This document shows, piece by piece, positions 1 through 12,449 of a stretch of 64,000 nucleotides of DNA; the first letter of the stretch is position 1; the number at the start of each line of letters is the position of its first letter. The DNA is from Octopus sinensis (lineage: Eukaryota), in contig NC_043024.1 of assembly GCF_006345805.1 (NCBI RefSeq), forward strand, positions 13,950,001 through 14,014,000, read 5' to 3'. The notes beneath the pieces were generated by a model that was not told the DNA's origin, ran no database searches, and was given only the letters and a program-made list of their open reading frames with translations. The translations under genes were made by a program, and so were the position numbers.

Positions 1-2
1 AA

Positions 3-104
3 CCTCGCTTGCTCCTGGACGTGGATGACAAACACACGATTTGGAAACAGTATGATGCTAATCAACCGTGTGTCACCGAGTTTCACTTGTCTTCCACGAA
101 CTAA
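3..104 (+). CDS. Possible terminal coding exon running in from upstream (...PRLLLDVDDKHTIWKQYDANQPCVTEFHLSSTN*), product unknown
   Basis: Open frame from base 3 to TAA at 102-104. About 20 of 33 codons end in G/C in an AT-rich context, and AT-rich sequence with AATAAA at 605-610 follows. No homology recognised. A GTAAG donor-like site at 126 allows another reading. Confidence 0.25.
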   Translation, partial: PRLLLDVDDKHTIWKQYDANQPCVTEFHLSSTN

Positions 105-3100
105 TTGCAATGGAATCGAAATATGTAAGGCCCTACCGTTGCTGACGAAAAGTAAGTTACATAATATTATAAACTCACGGGTTTACTTGCTGCTATTCTT
201 ATACAAATATGAAAGTGCATTAATTAACAAGATAATGATAATGATTTACACATGCCAATACCGAAAACGTCAAGCTGTTTAGAGTTTTAAGTGTAAGTAA
301 TGCGTCACCGTTTTCTAAGCGAAAATGTGGAATCTTTTACGTATTGGTAATCTCAATGATTTTAGAACGTTTATGCGATAATTATACTTGCAAACCATGT
401 TACTTTAACATGGAAGTGGTTCTTGTGCAAGTTTAATGTTAGCTAACACTATTTATATCCGTAAATGATACAAGGCAGTCATACGATGTAGAATATGATT
501 CTGGGAATGCGCATGTCTTTCGATTCGACTTTCACATTTAGATTTAATAATGGTTCTCCTTCGTCGTGGTTATATTAATCTTATCTACATACGTAGATAG
601 GATTAATAAAACTATTATTAAATCTAGATGCAAATGTATTATTCGATTTTAAATTAATTTGCAAGGAACCTTGGGTTTCATCTTGCATTGCAGAGCAAGA
701 ATTTGCGTATATTCTTCTACGTTACATTCGAGTCCATAATTTCTAAACCATGAAACTGTATGGAATTTGATTCAAAATATTGGAACTTTCTGCATCGTAT
801 CTGCCATCGTTGCCGTTGGTAATCTATTAGAAGATGAACCTTTAATTTTGTTTTATAATTCTATATTTTAAGACTATTCCTGAAAAATCGTAGCTTGGAG
901 TCAAACATCCTGATATTTCTCTGTTAGCTTTTACACATCCCATCATTAGAGTGCGGCCATTCTTATCACACTACTTCGATTCATGTTTTGTATTTATTGT
1001 ATCGGTTTCTTCTATCGAACCGCAAATTTATGGTTGACGAAAAATTTCAGTAACAGGTATCACGCCTCAGATGAAGTACCACGCACAAACACACACACAC
1101 ATATACACACACACGCACACACTAAGTCAAAGACATAGACACAGTGTTCTACCACATAGTTTCCGTCTTCCAAATTCCACCACAAGGAACTATTCGGGGT
1201 TAACGAGACCCATATCTCGCAAAGGAAATAGTAAAATGTTTATGTTCGAAAATATCTGAAATTAACACTGGAATGGTAATTATTCTCATTCATAAAGGGA
1301 ATTGAGTTTAGTGGAAGATGGAAAAGATTGGTAAGGAAAACTGACAGGTAGGTACAAGTATGTCAGAAATGCTAAGGGAATGAATTTGCCTGCGGGCTAC
1401 GATTTGGCATTACCATAACAATTTGCTTCGTATAAAAAGTTCTGTGTTAATCTTGCATCCAAAATTCTCCCCTCTTTTTACTCGGTTTAGACTCCCGTCC
1501 TTGTGAAGTTCGCAAAGAAATTATAAATCTAGAACAGTAGAGTAGAACACTCAGAAGCGGATTGGAAGTGGTGCCTTGCAGTATCATTATTGTTAGTTTG
1601 TTAGCAATGGATCACGTTATAGAAATAGAGTGGAATCCATTTACTATAACCACGGATAATATATCATGAAATAAGTGTCTTCCAAATAGGCTTAAGGTAT
1701 TGTTTATACACTGTTTAATGCTGTCAAATGATTACGGTTAGCTGAAAGGCTCGATCCCCAATCAACGGCAGTAAGTTACGTCCAATGTATTTTTACTAAC
1801 GTGTCTTTTGATATATTCATGGAAACAGGTTTTTAGTATTTTTGAAAAAGAGATTACTGTTCACTTGAAGTTTCTTTTAAAATTCTTACCTTTTGAAAAC
1901 TTGCAAATCCTTTCACAGGATTTCGTGTTTTATGCTTGATCTCCTTCTTGTAAACTGCAAACTAGCAAATAAGAACCCGCTTCCATTTACTTCTATGGGA
2001 AAATAATGATCTATAAGTTTCTTTTCCTTTCTTTTTTTTTCTTTCTTTTTTTTTTCATCGAACATAGAACAAATTTATTTATTAGTGGTGACAGAAAAAG
2101 AACTCTGAAATAACTCATTCAAATGAGGTTATTTTATTCACCTTAGATTAGTGATTTTAAAGTCTTTGATATACAGAAGCCTAGTAAAGTGTAAATACAG
2201 CCTTCATTCGAAATTATTGCAATTTATTTGAAATAATCGACAGACAACGAGCCAACAGCGAACTAAAACTTTGGTCAACGCTAACAGCAATGCCTCATAA
2301 AAAGGAAGAAGTGCACGCAAGAACGTAGGAGAATCAATAGAAAATGCTAATTGCCTGCAATAAAGGTGTCAGTAGTGAATCACGTGTTCGAACGTATTCA
2401 GACAAATTACTGAAATATAACATCTAACGCTGGGATGGTTTATTGCCTTGAGGTGTTGGAAACAACAGCAACTTTAAATAAAATACGGTTTTTATTATGA
2501 AGGAATCGGAATTACTTTTCGTCTTCAGGCTTAAAGCGTTTCTTTTATAAAGTTTTTAGAGATTTTAGTCAGGAGATGTTTTCAGAGTCAAACAGAGAAG
2601 TTTTGTCGTTTGACGCCGGAATACCAAATCTTACAAGGAGTGGGGCGATCTGAAGAAAATTCCCCTGTAATTACCTGCCGAATGGTATTACATTGCTTTA
2701 ATAGAGAGGAAGCAATTGACCATTTCGTCTGCATTATACAAAAGTTACTTTGGTCGGGACTGCAATAAATTTACTGTTTAGTGGTCAGCCAGGACTACAC
2801 TGCGAACGAACAGCAGAAACCGAGATAAATCGTACCCAACCGGATATAATTTCTAAATTTGGTATCTAGGAGACAGCCGTGTGTTTAAAAAGCGCGTTTC
2901 GTAGGCTAGTGCACTCACACACACACTCACACACACAAATACACACACGCAGATACAGGTGTCTCTGTGGTAACTTCAGTTACAACACATAGCAGCCAAA
3001 TCTCTCTTAAAATGCAGTTTTTGATCATAAGAAACACACAGATTTACAGTATTTAAGGAATATAAAAAAATATCTATGCGATGGTTCTACTGCATCAGAG

Positions 3101-3289
3101 GCAACAATAGGCTAAACAAAAACACAAACAAACATACTTCACATGAAAACATTACCTACTAAATGGTACCAATAAAGTTGACAGTATAATCTAACGAGGC
3201 AGTAATATCTCGTATCTATTAGGTTTCAATCTTGATCCTATTATTGAGTGTTTCGTGTCACATGTTATGTATTGACACAAAAATATTTG

Positions 3290-3754
3290 ACCTCTTCTCT
3301 CTCGAAACCATTCTGTTTAAATCTTAGAGGTGTGCTATCTTCTGTGTTTCCTCCTAAACCCTTTAAAAAAACTGCCTCTGGTTATTTGAGAATAACCGGT
3401 TTTGCTGGAACTGTGATATGCGATCAGTGTAGCGCTGCACCTTTAATGTTTTTGCCCGCACACGTTGTTTTAGGGTTTCGATGAAAGTTTTGAATCTTTA
3501 TTTTTCCGTTTGGCACTTCGCATGAAGAGATGCCCTTGTCCTTACTTTCCATTTTCCTATTGTTCTTTTGACCACTCATCTATGTCGCTCAGATTTTTAC
3601 GTGAAGAATATTGCCATCAAGTCTCCGCTTCCACAATGGCACGTCTGTCCCTCTAATCTTTCCTCTTTCTTTCCAACAAGTTCATCTGTTAAAGAGAAGA
3701 TCTGATCAAGTCCCTTGTTTCTGTTAAATCTTTTGTCAAAATGTGTTTTGGAAT

Positions 3755-3757
<3 letters not shown>
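3290..3757 (-). mobile_element. R4/Dong-clade non-LTR retrotransposon fragment (region N-terminal to RT), degenerate
   Basis: Minus-strand translation gives VPLWKRRLDGNI... and FIETLKQRVRAKTLKVQRYTDRISQFQQNRLFSNNQRQFFK, typical of the pre-RT region of R4/Dong ORFs. It abuts (TAA)n at 3758-3814. Confidence 0.75.
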
Positions 3758-3816
<59 letters not shown>

Positions 3817-4042
3817 GACAATCTATTTCATGGTCTATATTAAAGTGATAATAGTTATTAGTATTATTTTTTTTGCTTATGTTGGTTAAGAGAAATAGTA
3901 GTCATATCAAGGTTCGTAATTGTAGCACAATACTCGCTAGAGCTGTTGATGATGATGATGATGATGATGATGTCGATGATGACGATGATGACGATGATGA
4001 TGATGATGAATATGTCGTTGATGGTGATGATGAAGTTGTTGT

Positions 4043-4078
<36 letters not shown>

Positions 4079-4684
4079 CGATGATTATGAAAGGGAGAAA
4101 GTGGAAGAAAAATTTTTGCAATGACAATGTAATGAATATTCAGGTAATGATGAATAGAAAGCTCGGAAAATATGATGATGATGATGTGGAGGATGACAGG
4201 AATTCTAATGATGAAAACGATGATAATGCTGGCGAGGAAATTGATGGTGATCATAAGGATAATAATGATAACGATGAAGATGAGAATGGGCGTGATGGAG
4301 AGGATGATAATCGTAATAACCGTGAGTTTGTTGGTGACACATTTATTGATGATAACGATAACACGAACTATCATCATCATCATCATCATAATGATGATGA
4401 TTATGATATTGATGACGGCAATATTAATGTTCAGTAGCAGAAAGCGAGGGTGGTGGTGGTGGTGCTGGTGATGGTGATGGTGCCAGTTGTATTACTGGTG
4501 GTAGGGATGATTGTGTCGATGGTGGTGGCCGATGGCGATGGTGCTAGTGTTGGTGGTGATGATGGTGGTGGTGTCGGTGGATGTAGACGTAATGCTCATG
4601 ATGCCGATTATGAATATATAGTTCTGCTGAGGAGAGCGTATAGAGTGAAGACGATGGAGTCAACTATGGTGATGATGATGATGA

Positions 4685-4718
<34 letters not shown>

Positions 4719-5150
4719 GTGTTAGTGGTGATGATGATGATGATTCAGATGAGGAGGCAGAGGAGGGAATACAATGGTAATTTGATGATGGCGATAACGA
4801 CTGTAACGTTGATGATGAAGACAATGTTGACGATTATGATAATGATGATGATGATGGTGGTAATGATGATAGTGATGAGGACGATGGTGGTGGTGATGGT
4901 GTTGATAATGATGATGATAATGATGGTGATGGTGATGATGATGATAATGGTGGTGATGATGATGATAATGGTGGTGGTGGTAATGATGATGACGGTGGTG
5001 ATGATGATGAAGGTGGTGGTGGTGATGATGATGATGATGATGGTGTTGATGATGACGGTGGTGATGATGATGATGGTGGAGGTGGTTGTGATGGTGATGA
5101 TGATGATGATAAAGGTGACGACGACGACGACGATAACGATGATGCTGATG
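3758..5150. repeat. Compound trinucleotide microsatellite field (ATT)n/(GAT)n/(GGT)n/(CAT)n
   Basis: Directly visible. It generates the poly-D, poly-M and poly-H pseudo-ORFs. Confidence 0.95.
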
Positions 5151-5361
5151 CCGGTCTCGATAAAGATGAATTCGATACAATCAGTTGAATTTGATACGCG
5201 ATACTGATTTTCTACCTTTTTTTATTATTATTTTTTTGCGTTTGTTTTTTTTTTGTTTATATCCTTTCCACTAAAAAAAGAAAACAACTCACTTTTAATG
5301 GCGATTTCTATGTGCATTATTTTTAGTTTATTTCATTAAATTAAATACACACACACATATG

Positions 5362-5433
<72 letters not shown>

Positions 5434-5457
5434 TTATATATATATATATAGATATAT

Positions 5458-5511
<54 letters not shown>

Positions 5512-6423
5512 ATATATGTATATTTATATTATATTAATTGTAAAAAAATTGTTTAAAATAATATATATATACGTATATAAAAATTCAGTAAAAAGCACTT
5601 TTTTAAGAATGGCCACTACATTAAATCAATATTTTAGATTCGTTTATTGATATTTATTTTGTAATGTTATAATTTCACTCACACACACACACCTTCTTGC
5701 TATCTTCATCTCTCTCTGTCTTTCTCTCTCTTTCTGTCTCTCTATCTCTCTCTCGCTCTCTTCCTCCTTCGCAATATTTCTCTCCTAATCACTGTCTCGG
5801 CCCTCCTTTCTCTCTCCCTCTTTCTCTTTCACCCTTTCTTTCTCTGCTTTTCACAAAAAATAAACCATTGCTCTTTTTTTTTCTCAGTCTAAATATCCAT
5901 TGCTTCAGATATTAATTGATAGCTCCGTTGATAATTTACTGACGCTTCTGAGAATGGTAATTGAAAATAAAATAAAATAAAATAAACTGAAATACCAAAA
6001 AAATATAAAACAATAATAAAAATACAATTAAAACATTATATGAAATGAATGTAATATTTCAAAAAAAAATTACGGTATAACACTAAAATAAAATAATGGT
6101 TATTTTCGGTGGAAGCGAAGAATTTATGAAGTGAGACCAGTCTTATAACTTCCGTTATTTTCTTCAATGCCGCGGAACATAAATCTGAGTTTCGGAAGAC
6201 TTAAATATAAATAGGTGTCGCTGTTTGATTACAAAGTTGGGACACGCAGTAATTCTGTCTTTTAATGTGTGCCTTTATCAGTAATTCCCAGCCTATTAGT
6301 TCTGCTGATGGCCCCCGAGGGATTCATTATATAGATATCTGTGGGCGTATGTATGTCTGTATGTATACACACACACACATATAAGTATATAAGTATATAA
6401 GTATATATCTGTATGTATGAATA

Positions 6424-6677
6424 TCTTTATATATAAAAGTGAAGTTGTGTGTCTGTCTCCCACGATTTAGATTCCTAACTACTCCCTCATTTTGCGATGC
6501 AGTGTAACCAAAAGCGGGTATCTTATAGTCGTGATTCATATCAAGCCCTTCTGGGTATTAGCGCGCGTCTACGATGAGTCTACGATTTTTTAAAAAATTA
6601 CCATCATTTTTTCCCATTTTTAATGCATTTATTTGCTATCCCTTACAAACCCGAGCAACGCCGGGCGATACTGCTAG
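6424..6677 (+). mobile_element. Non-autonomous Helitron (254 bp)
   Basis: A|TC start at 6424, CCCG-AGCAACGC-CGGG subterminal hairpin, CTAG|T end at 6674-6677, no TSD. Both ends are shared with 36290-36669. Confidence 0.8.
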
Positions 6678-6686
6678 TATATATAT

Positions 6687-6730
<44 letters not shown>

Positions 6731-7019
6731 AATATATATGTGTGTGTGTGGTGTGTGTGTGTGTGTGTGTGGTATATACATAATTTTTCGGTCATTCAAT
6801 CTTTATCCCGTCAAAACACATAGAATGTAACCGGTGGGGATGAATGTTTGGTACCAGTAATTTGCTGGTACTCAATTTCTACTAAGCTTTAGCAACCTGA
6901 TATGAAGCACCTCGTTCAAGAAGAACCGTCACCGCCCAAAATGAAAGCGTCTTTTTGTGCTCTGGGTTGACAAGTATTATATTTGGGTGGAAAAACTGAT
7001 GTTGTATTATTACCTTTGA

Positions 7020-7960
7020 ACGACTTATCATTCCATTTTCACTCACGGTCGACAAACCCCGTGCTTTTTGTCTCTTTTCTACACCAATCTACAATCTACA
7101 ACTCAAGTTCTATTTTCCCTTACATTTCAACTGTCCAATTTCCCCTTGAAATGTAGACTCAACTGTAATTTCTAATGTTAACAATCCTTCTCCCCAATCG
7201 CATAGCTCTTCCGCCCACTTTCAAGAAAGAAAATTCGTTATTTCGGCCTTTTAGGGAGAAACTAGATTAGATCCAATCCTTTAAAAAGGCGCTTGAAATG
7301 CGTCCCAACAGGTGATTCACTAATAAGCTTCAGACACCCATTGGCCTGCTTGCAAGTTTTGCTCTGCACATTATGTTGCTGAAACAACCCGTTGTGACTC
7401 CAAGCTCTTTCACGTTGTCTTCTGTAGTACTCACCTATTTCTTTATTACCCACAAGGGGCTAAACACAGAGGGGACAAACAAGGACAGACATGGGTATTA
7501 AGTCGATTACATCGACCCCGGTGTGTAACTGGTACTTAATTTATCGACCCCCAAAATGATGAAAGGCAAAGTCAACCTCGGCGGAATTTGAACTGACAAC
7601 GTAACAACAGACGAAATACCGCTAAGTATTTCGCCCGGCGTGCTAACGTTTCTGCCAGCTCGCCGTCTTCTGTAGTACTCACCTGTGTGTCACAACCCAG
7701 CATCTAGTAAATTATATAACATTTTAGGCCACTCTGTAACTCCACAGCCAGTTTCCGGTACCTCAATACACGAGAGAGCCAGACTCTCGTGTAAACGCAG
7801 GGGGCTTCGCAAAATCACACTCAAAACGATTTCATTGATAGGCTGATGTGAACCCATCTTTCTGGTGTTATTCTGCCCATCCCAAAATCTCTTAATACAT
7901 TAATCTCTGCTTTATCCTTAAACACTGCCCTTCTTTTTTATCCAGCTTCTCTTCCTTTTT
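7020..7960. mobile_element. Unclassified retroelement-like relic interrupted by a SINE
   Basis: Segment 7020-7345 is homologous to the TSD-flanked insertion at 8474-8801. No protein family was recognised, and the right boundary is approximate. Confidence 0.4.
7437..7664 (-). mobile_element. tRNA-derived SINE family A, full-length monomer with 20-bp TSD
   Basis: Head GGCGAGCTGGCAGAAAC (A-box-like), B-box-like CAGTTCAAATTCC and central GCCTTTCATC...GGGGTCGATAAATTAAGTACCAG. Perfect TSD GTCTTCTGTAGTACTCACCT at 7417-7436 and 7665-7684. Confidence 0.9.
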
Positions 7961-8032
7961 CTCCTTCTATTTTGCCTCTCCGTATCTTACACAATATTTA
8001 ATCCCCAGAAACACACATATATAAGCATACAG

Positions 8033-8068
<36 letters not shown>

Positions 8069-8473
8069 ACACACCTACACATATATACAGGTTAAAAAAG
8101 ACAGTCATGTTGTAATTGAAGATGGGAAAGAAACGAATGCTTCTTCGGTTTGACGTCATATTTGTAATGGAGATGATATTTACCCACGTTATTGATAACA
8201 TAATCTCATCTTTTTTTGTCAGATAGTTTATCCTTTAAGTGTAAATATCTTCACGTTTCCAAGCAAAGGGACACTTCATATCATCTTTCTTTATAGCGTT
8301 ACAAATGATAAACCTCTTTCCTCTCTAAATAATGTTTCATCGATTTGCAAAGCTGATGGTGAGATGCTTCAAGGTCAAGAAAGTATGGTGGATGAGGGCT
8401 ATAATTTTTTCTTCAGTGATCTGGGTATTATGTAGTCCTGTAATGTAGGAGCAAGTTCTCTCTATGACTGACC

Positions 8474-8801
8474 GATTCCACTTCACTAACGGTCGACAAA
8501 CACTGTGCTTTTTATCTCTTTTCTACATCAATCTACAATCTACAACTCAAGTACAATTTTCTCTTACATTTCAACCGTCCAATCTTCCCTTGAAAGGTAG
8601 ACTCAACTGTAATATCTAATGTTTACAATCCTTCTCCACAATCGCTTAACTCTTCCTTTACATTTCCGCCCACTTTCAAGAACGAAAATCGTTCTTTCAG
8701 CCTTTTAGAGAGAAACTAGATTGATCCAACCCTTTAAAAAGGCGCTGGAAATGCGTCCCAACAGGTCATTCACAAATAATCTTAAAACACCCATTGGCCC
8801 A
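8474..8801. mobile_element. 328-bp retroposed insertion with 22-bp TSD
   Basis: Perfect direct repeat CAAGTTCTCTCTATGACTGACC at 8452-8473 and 8802-8823. The insert is homologous to 7020-7345. Confidence 0.8.
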
Positions 8802-9034
8802 CAAGTTCTCTCTATGACTGACCAATGGTGAACGTTTTTTTTGTAACATTTCATGTAATGCTTCCAACTGATAACAATCTTTCTTACATGAACTGTTTTT
8901 GTTTAATACTTCATCAGAGATGATACCTTCCTATGCAACCAAATCCGGAAAATAACATAGTCTTGGATGGAGTCCTGTTTTGGCAGATGGGCATTCCTCT
9001 TTCAATAGGTGCCAATAACTGTGATGCTCTCTTT

Positions 9035-9575
9035 ACTGTTTTACCTGTTTCAGTCATTTGAAGGTGGCCATGCTGGAGCACCGCCCTTAGTCGAGCAAAT
9101 CGAAACCAGGACTTATTTTTTGGAAGCCTCTATTGCCGAACCGCTAAGTTACAGGGACGTAAACACACCAGCATCGGTTGTCAAGCGATGTTGCGGGACA
9201 AACACAGACGCACAAAGATATACACATACATACATATATATATACTACGTAATGCATAGGGTAATAATAAACGTATTAGACATTAGACTATATGTTATTC
9301 ATATAGAAATACAATAAGAGGCTTCCAATTACGAAAGCGTTGTTCAACTGCTCTTTCTAGCACAATGCTTTCCTATTTGGAAGCCTCTTATTGTATTTCT
9401 ATATATATATATAATTACGATGGACTTCTTTTAGTTTTCGTCTACAAGATCCACTCACAAGGCTTTGGTTGGCCCGAGGCTATAGTAGAAGAAACTTGCC
9501 CAAGGGGACACGCAGTGGGAATGAACCCAGAACCATGTGGCTGGTAAGCAATCTACTTACTACACAGCCACTCCT
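9035..9575 (-). mobile_element. tRNA-derived CORE-type SINE family B, with internal microsatellite and an inserted fold-back
   Basis: Head GTGGCTGTGTAGTAAG with B-box-like GGTTCATTCCC, followed by CCTTGGGCAAGT resembling the MIR CORE domain. Same family as 25306 and 38172. Confidence 0.8.
9301..9404. repeat. Fold-back inserted in the (TA) tract of a SINE
   Basis: Perfect 28-bp inverted arms (9301-9328 and 9377-9404) plus about 15 bp of imperfect inner arms. Confidence 0.9.
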
Positions 9576-10030
9576 CGTTGGATATGATTACAGAAAAGTA
9601 CTTTTCATTGTTTCTGAACATCCGACTCAGGAAATATTCGATAGGAAATCTACTCATCTACGACAAGCATTGAAAAACTCATTGATTAAGATGAGAAGCA
9701 CTCAGCGTCAGCGAACGAGGGCCCTATTTACGGAACTAAGATATCCCCTTAGATCAATAAATTATTTTATAATTGAAGTGTATATTATAACTTCAACGTG
9801 CCACATTAATTTTCTCTGAACAAATCACCCACTACTGCTCCCACTGAACATGGTACGCGTTCCCGTACGCACAATATTTCGATGAAACGATCGTAACATT
9901 ACGCAGGAAAGTTTACTTAGACATTTGTTTTCTTGGCCTAAAAAGGTAACCAGAATTCATGATTCTAGAGTATTCTGAGAAGTCTTCCAGCAGACATATT
10001 GACGGGAGTTATAACAACTGGCTATCCTTT

Positions 10031-10079
<49 letters not shown>

Positions 10080-10259
10080 CATAAACGTGCGCGCACACAC
10101 ACACACACGAGCATACATATATAGAAAGGGACAGATAAATCGAAACAGATAGATAGATAGATAGATAGAATGAGAGAGAGAGAGAGAGAGAGGAGTTTAT
10201 GTATGTGTATGGGATTTTCAACATATATATTGTAAATCTCTTGACTACATTTGTATGCC

Positions 10260-10477
10260 TATTTCTTTACTAGCCACAAGGGGCTAAACACAGAGAGGAC
10301 CAACAAAAACAGACAAACGGATTAAGTCTATTATATCCACCTCAGTGCGTAACAGGTACTTATTTTATCGACCCCGAAAGGATGAAAGGCAAAGTCGACC
10401 TCGATAGAATTTGAACTCAGAACGTAGCGCTAAGCATTTCGCCCGGCGTGTTAACGTTTCTGCCGGCTCGCCGCCTT
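10260..10477 (-). mobile_element. SINE family A monomer with 15-bp TSD
   Basis: Family A sequence flanked by CTACATTTGTAT(G/A)CC at 10245-10259 and 10478-10492. Confidence 0.9.
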
Positions 10478-10524
10478 CTACATTTGTATACCATTTGTGG
10501 GCGGACAAAAATTTCAGCGATATT

Positions 10525-10690
10525 CCTTTTTCCGTTTTCACGTTCTGGGTTCAAATTACGCTGAGGTCGACCTTGACATTTCACCATTTCAAACTCGATA
10601 AAATAAGTACAGTTCAGCACTAGGATGAAGCAATCGATTCCCCACCTTCGCAAAATTGGCGGCTTTTCGCCACAATTTGAAAATAAAAAC
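10525..10690 (+). mobile_element. SINE family A variant with alternative 3' tail, degenerate
   Basis: B-box and central domain followed by a TCCCCACC...AAAATTGGCGGC...AATTTGAAA tail, similar to the tails at 39270, 53880 and 61100. Confidence 0.7.
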
Positions 10691-11591
10691 ATGAAGAAAG
10701 CCAGATGAATTTCTGAACTTTCAAATGCTCTGCTCATTACTTATGAACAATTCATCTGCGAATCCTTATTTAATCTATGCCACTAAAACACTCCTTAGAT
10801 ACCAGATGCATTATAACACTTCTACGAATGTACAGCTCCTTTATATATTGGCGGAAATAAATTTTATCTATCTCCCACCTTAAAAAGCTAAACAGTCTCA
10901 TGACCTTGTGCGAAAGTTCTTTACCAGCCTCGTGTATTTCCTTCTTCCGCTAGATTTATTCCGAGGTTTCTCTAAGAGCAACGAACGTAGATTTATATTA
11001 AAAAATAAAATTCCTTTATGGTGTTCCAAAGTAACTGTATGTTAGCTTTTTATTTTAGTAAATTTACCATTTATTTGTGTGTTTAGAGAGAGTTGTACAT
11101 TTGTACATTTGCGTTTATTTTCTTTTTCCTCTTGCGATAAGTAGACTCACTGGCATTCCATTTTAAATACAGACTTTCTGCGAAATATTTGGATTCTTGA
11201 CAAATTTAATGGAGAAGAACCAAATCAACAATAACTATTAATAACAAAATACCTATCAACAGCATACGAAATAAATATAACAACATTAAACAAGAATTAG
11301 AATCCAGCGTCTAACTTAAAATGGCTCTTAAAACCGTTAGGGTTTCATTCAAATTTTACGCGATGCAGCCATTAGCAGTCATTTGAGAAGACGTAATTTA
11401 ACAAGCTTTTTGCGATTCAATACAGGTTGTAAAAGCTATCATTTTATCAACACTACCATTAATAATCAGCGCATTGATAGCTCTATGGCAATCCTTTTCC
11501 TTCCAATTTTAAATCACCATTATCAGTTTCATGATTGCATCTATGCTTATAAATGAGGCGGTATTTCTCTTAAACGGTGTAGGTTCGGATT

Positions 11592-12198
11592 AAGGCGGCG
11601 AGCTGGCAGAAACGATAGCGCGCCGGGCGAAATGCGTAGCCGTATTTCGTCTGTCTTTAAGTTCTGAGTTCAAATTCCACCGTAGGTCGACTTTGCCTTT
11701 CATCCTCCCGGGTGGATAGATTAAGTACCAGTTACGCACTGGTGTTGATATAATCGACTTAATCCATTTGTCGGTCCTTGTTTGTCCTCTCTGTGTTTAA
11801 CCCCTTGTGGGTAGTAAAGAAATAGTTATTTCGTCTCCTGCTACGTTCTGAGTTCAAATTCCGCCGAGGTCGACTTTACCTTTCATCCTTTCGGGGTCGA
11901 TAAATTAAGTACCAGTTACGCACCGAGGTCGATATAATCGATTTAATCCCTTTCTCTCTCCTTGTTTCTCCCCTCTGTGTTTAGCCCCTTGTGGGTAGTA
12001 AAGAAAGAGGTATTTTGTTTGCAGTTACGTTATGAGTTTAAATTCCGCCGCGGTCGACTTTGCTTTTCATCCTTCCGGAGTCGATAAATTAAGTACCAGT
12101 TACGCACTGGAGTCGATGTAATCGATTTAATACCTATATCTGTCCTTGTTTGTCCCATCTATGTTTAGCCCCTTGTGGGTAGTAAAGAAATATAAATA
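11592..12198 (+). mobile_element. SINE family A trimer (one head + three ~184-bp bodies) with 16-bp TSD
   Basis: B-box motifs near 11661, 11845 and 12029. Flanked by GGT(G/A)TAGGTTC(G/A)GATT at 11576-11591 and 12199-12214. Confidence 0.9.
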
Positions 12199-12449
12199 GG
12201 TATAGGTTCAGATTGAAAGCAATATCTAACAGTATCCATCATTATATATGTACTGAGTTCGAATCCCAACGGAGTTTATGAATATCTGTTGATTTTTATT
12301 GCTTTTTCCTGAACAAATCTGATGAATTAATCAATACGAAGATGGAATATGTTTCAGCTATGAGCGACTCATTCATTTTTATAGGTGAACTCTAACTACG
12401 ACTATATATCTGATTGATTTCGTTTTTAATCGTTTTCTGATAAGGATTA

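Noticed and set aside
3864-5207. Long poly-D, poly-M and poly-H ORFs
   Set aside because: Translations of trinucleotide microsatellites, open in several frames on both strands.
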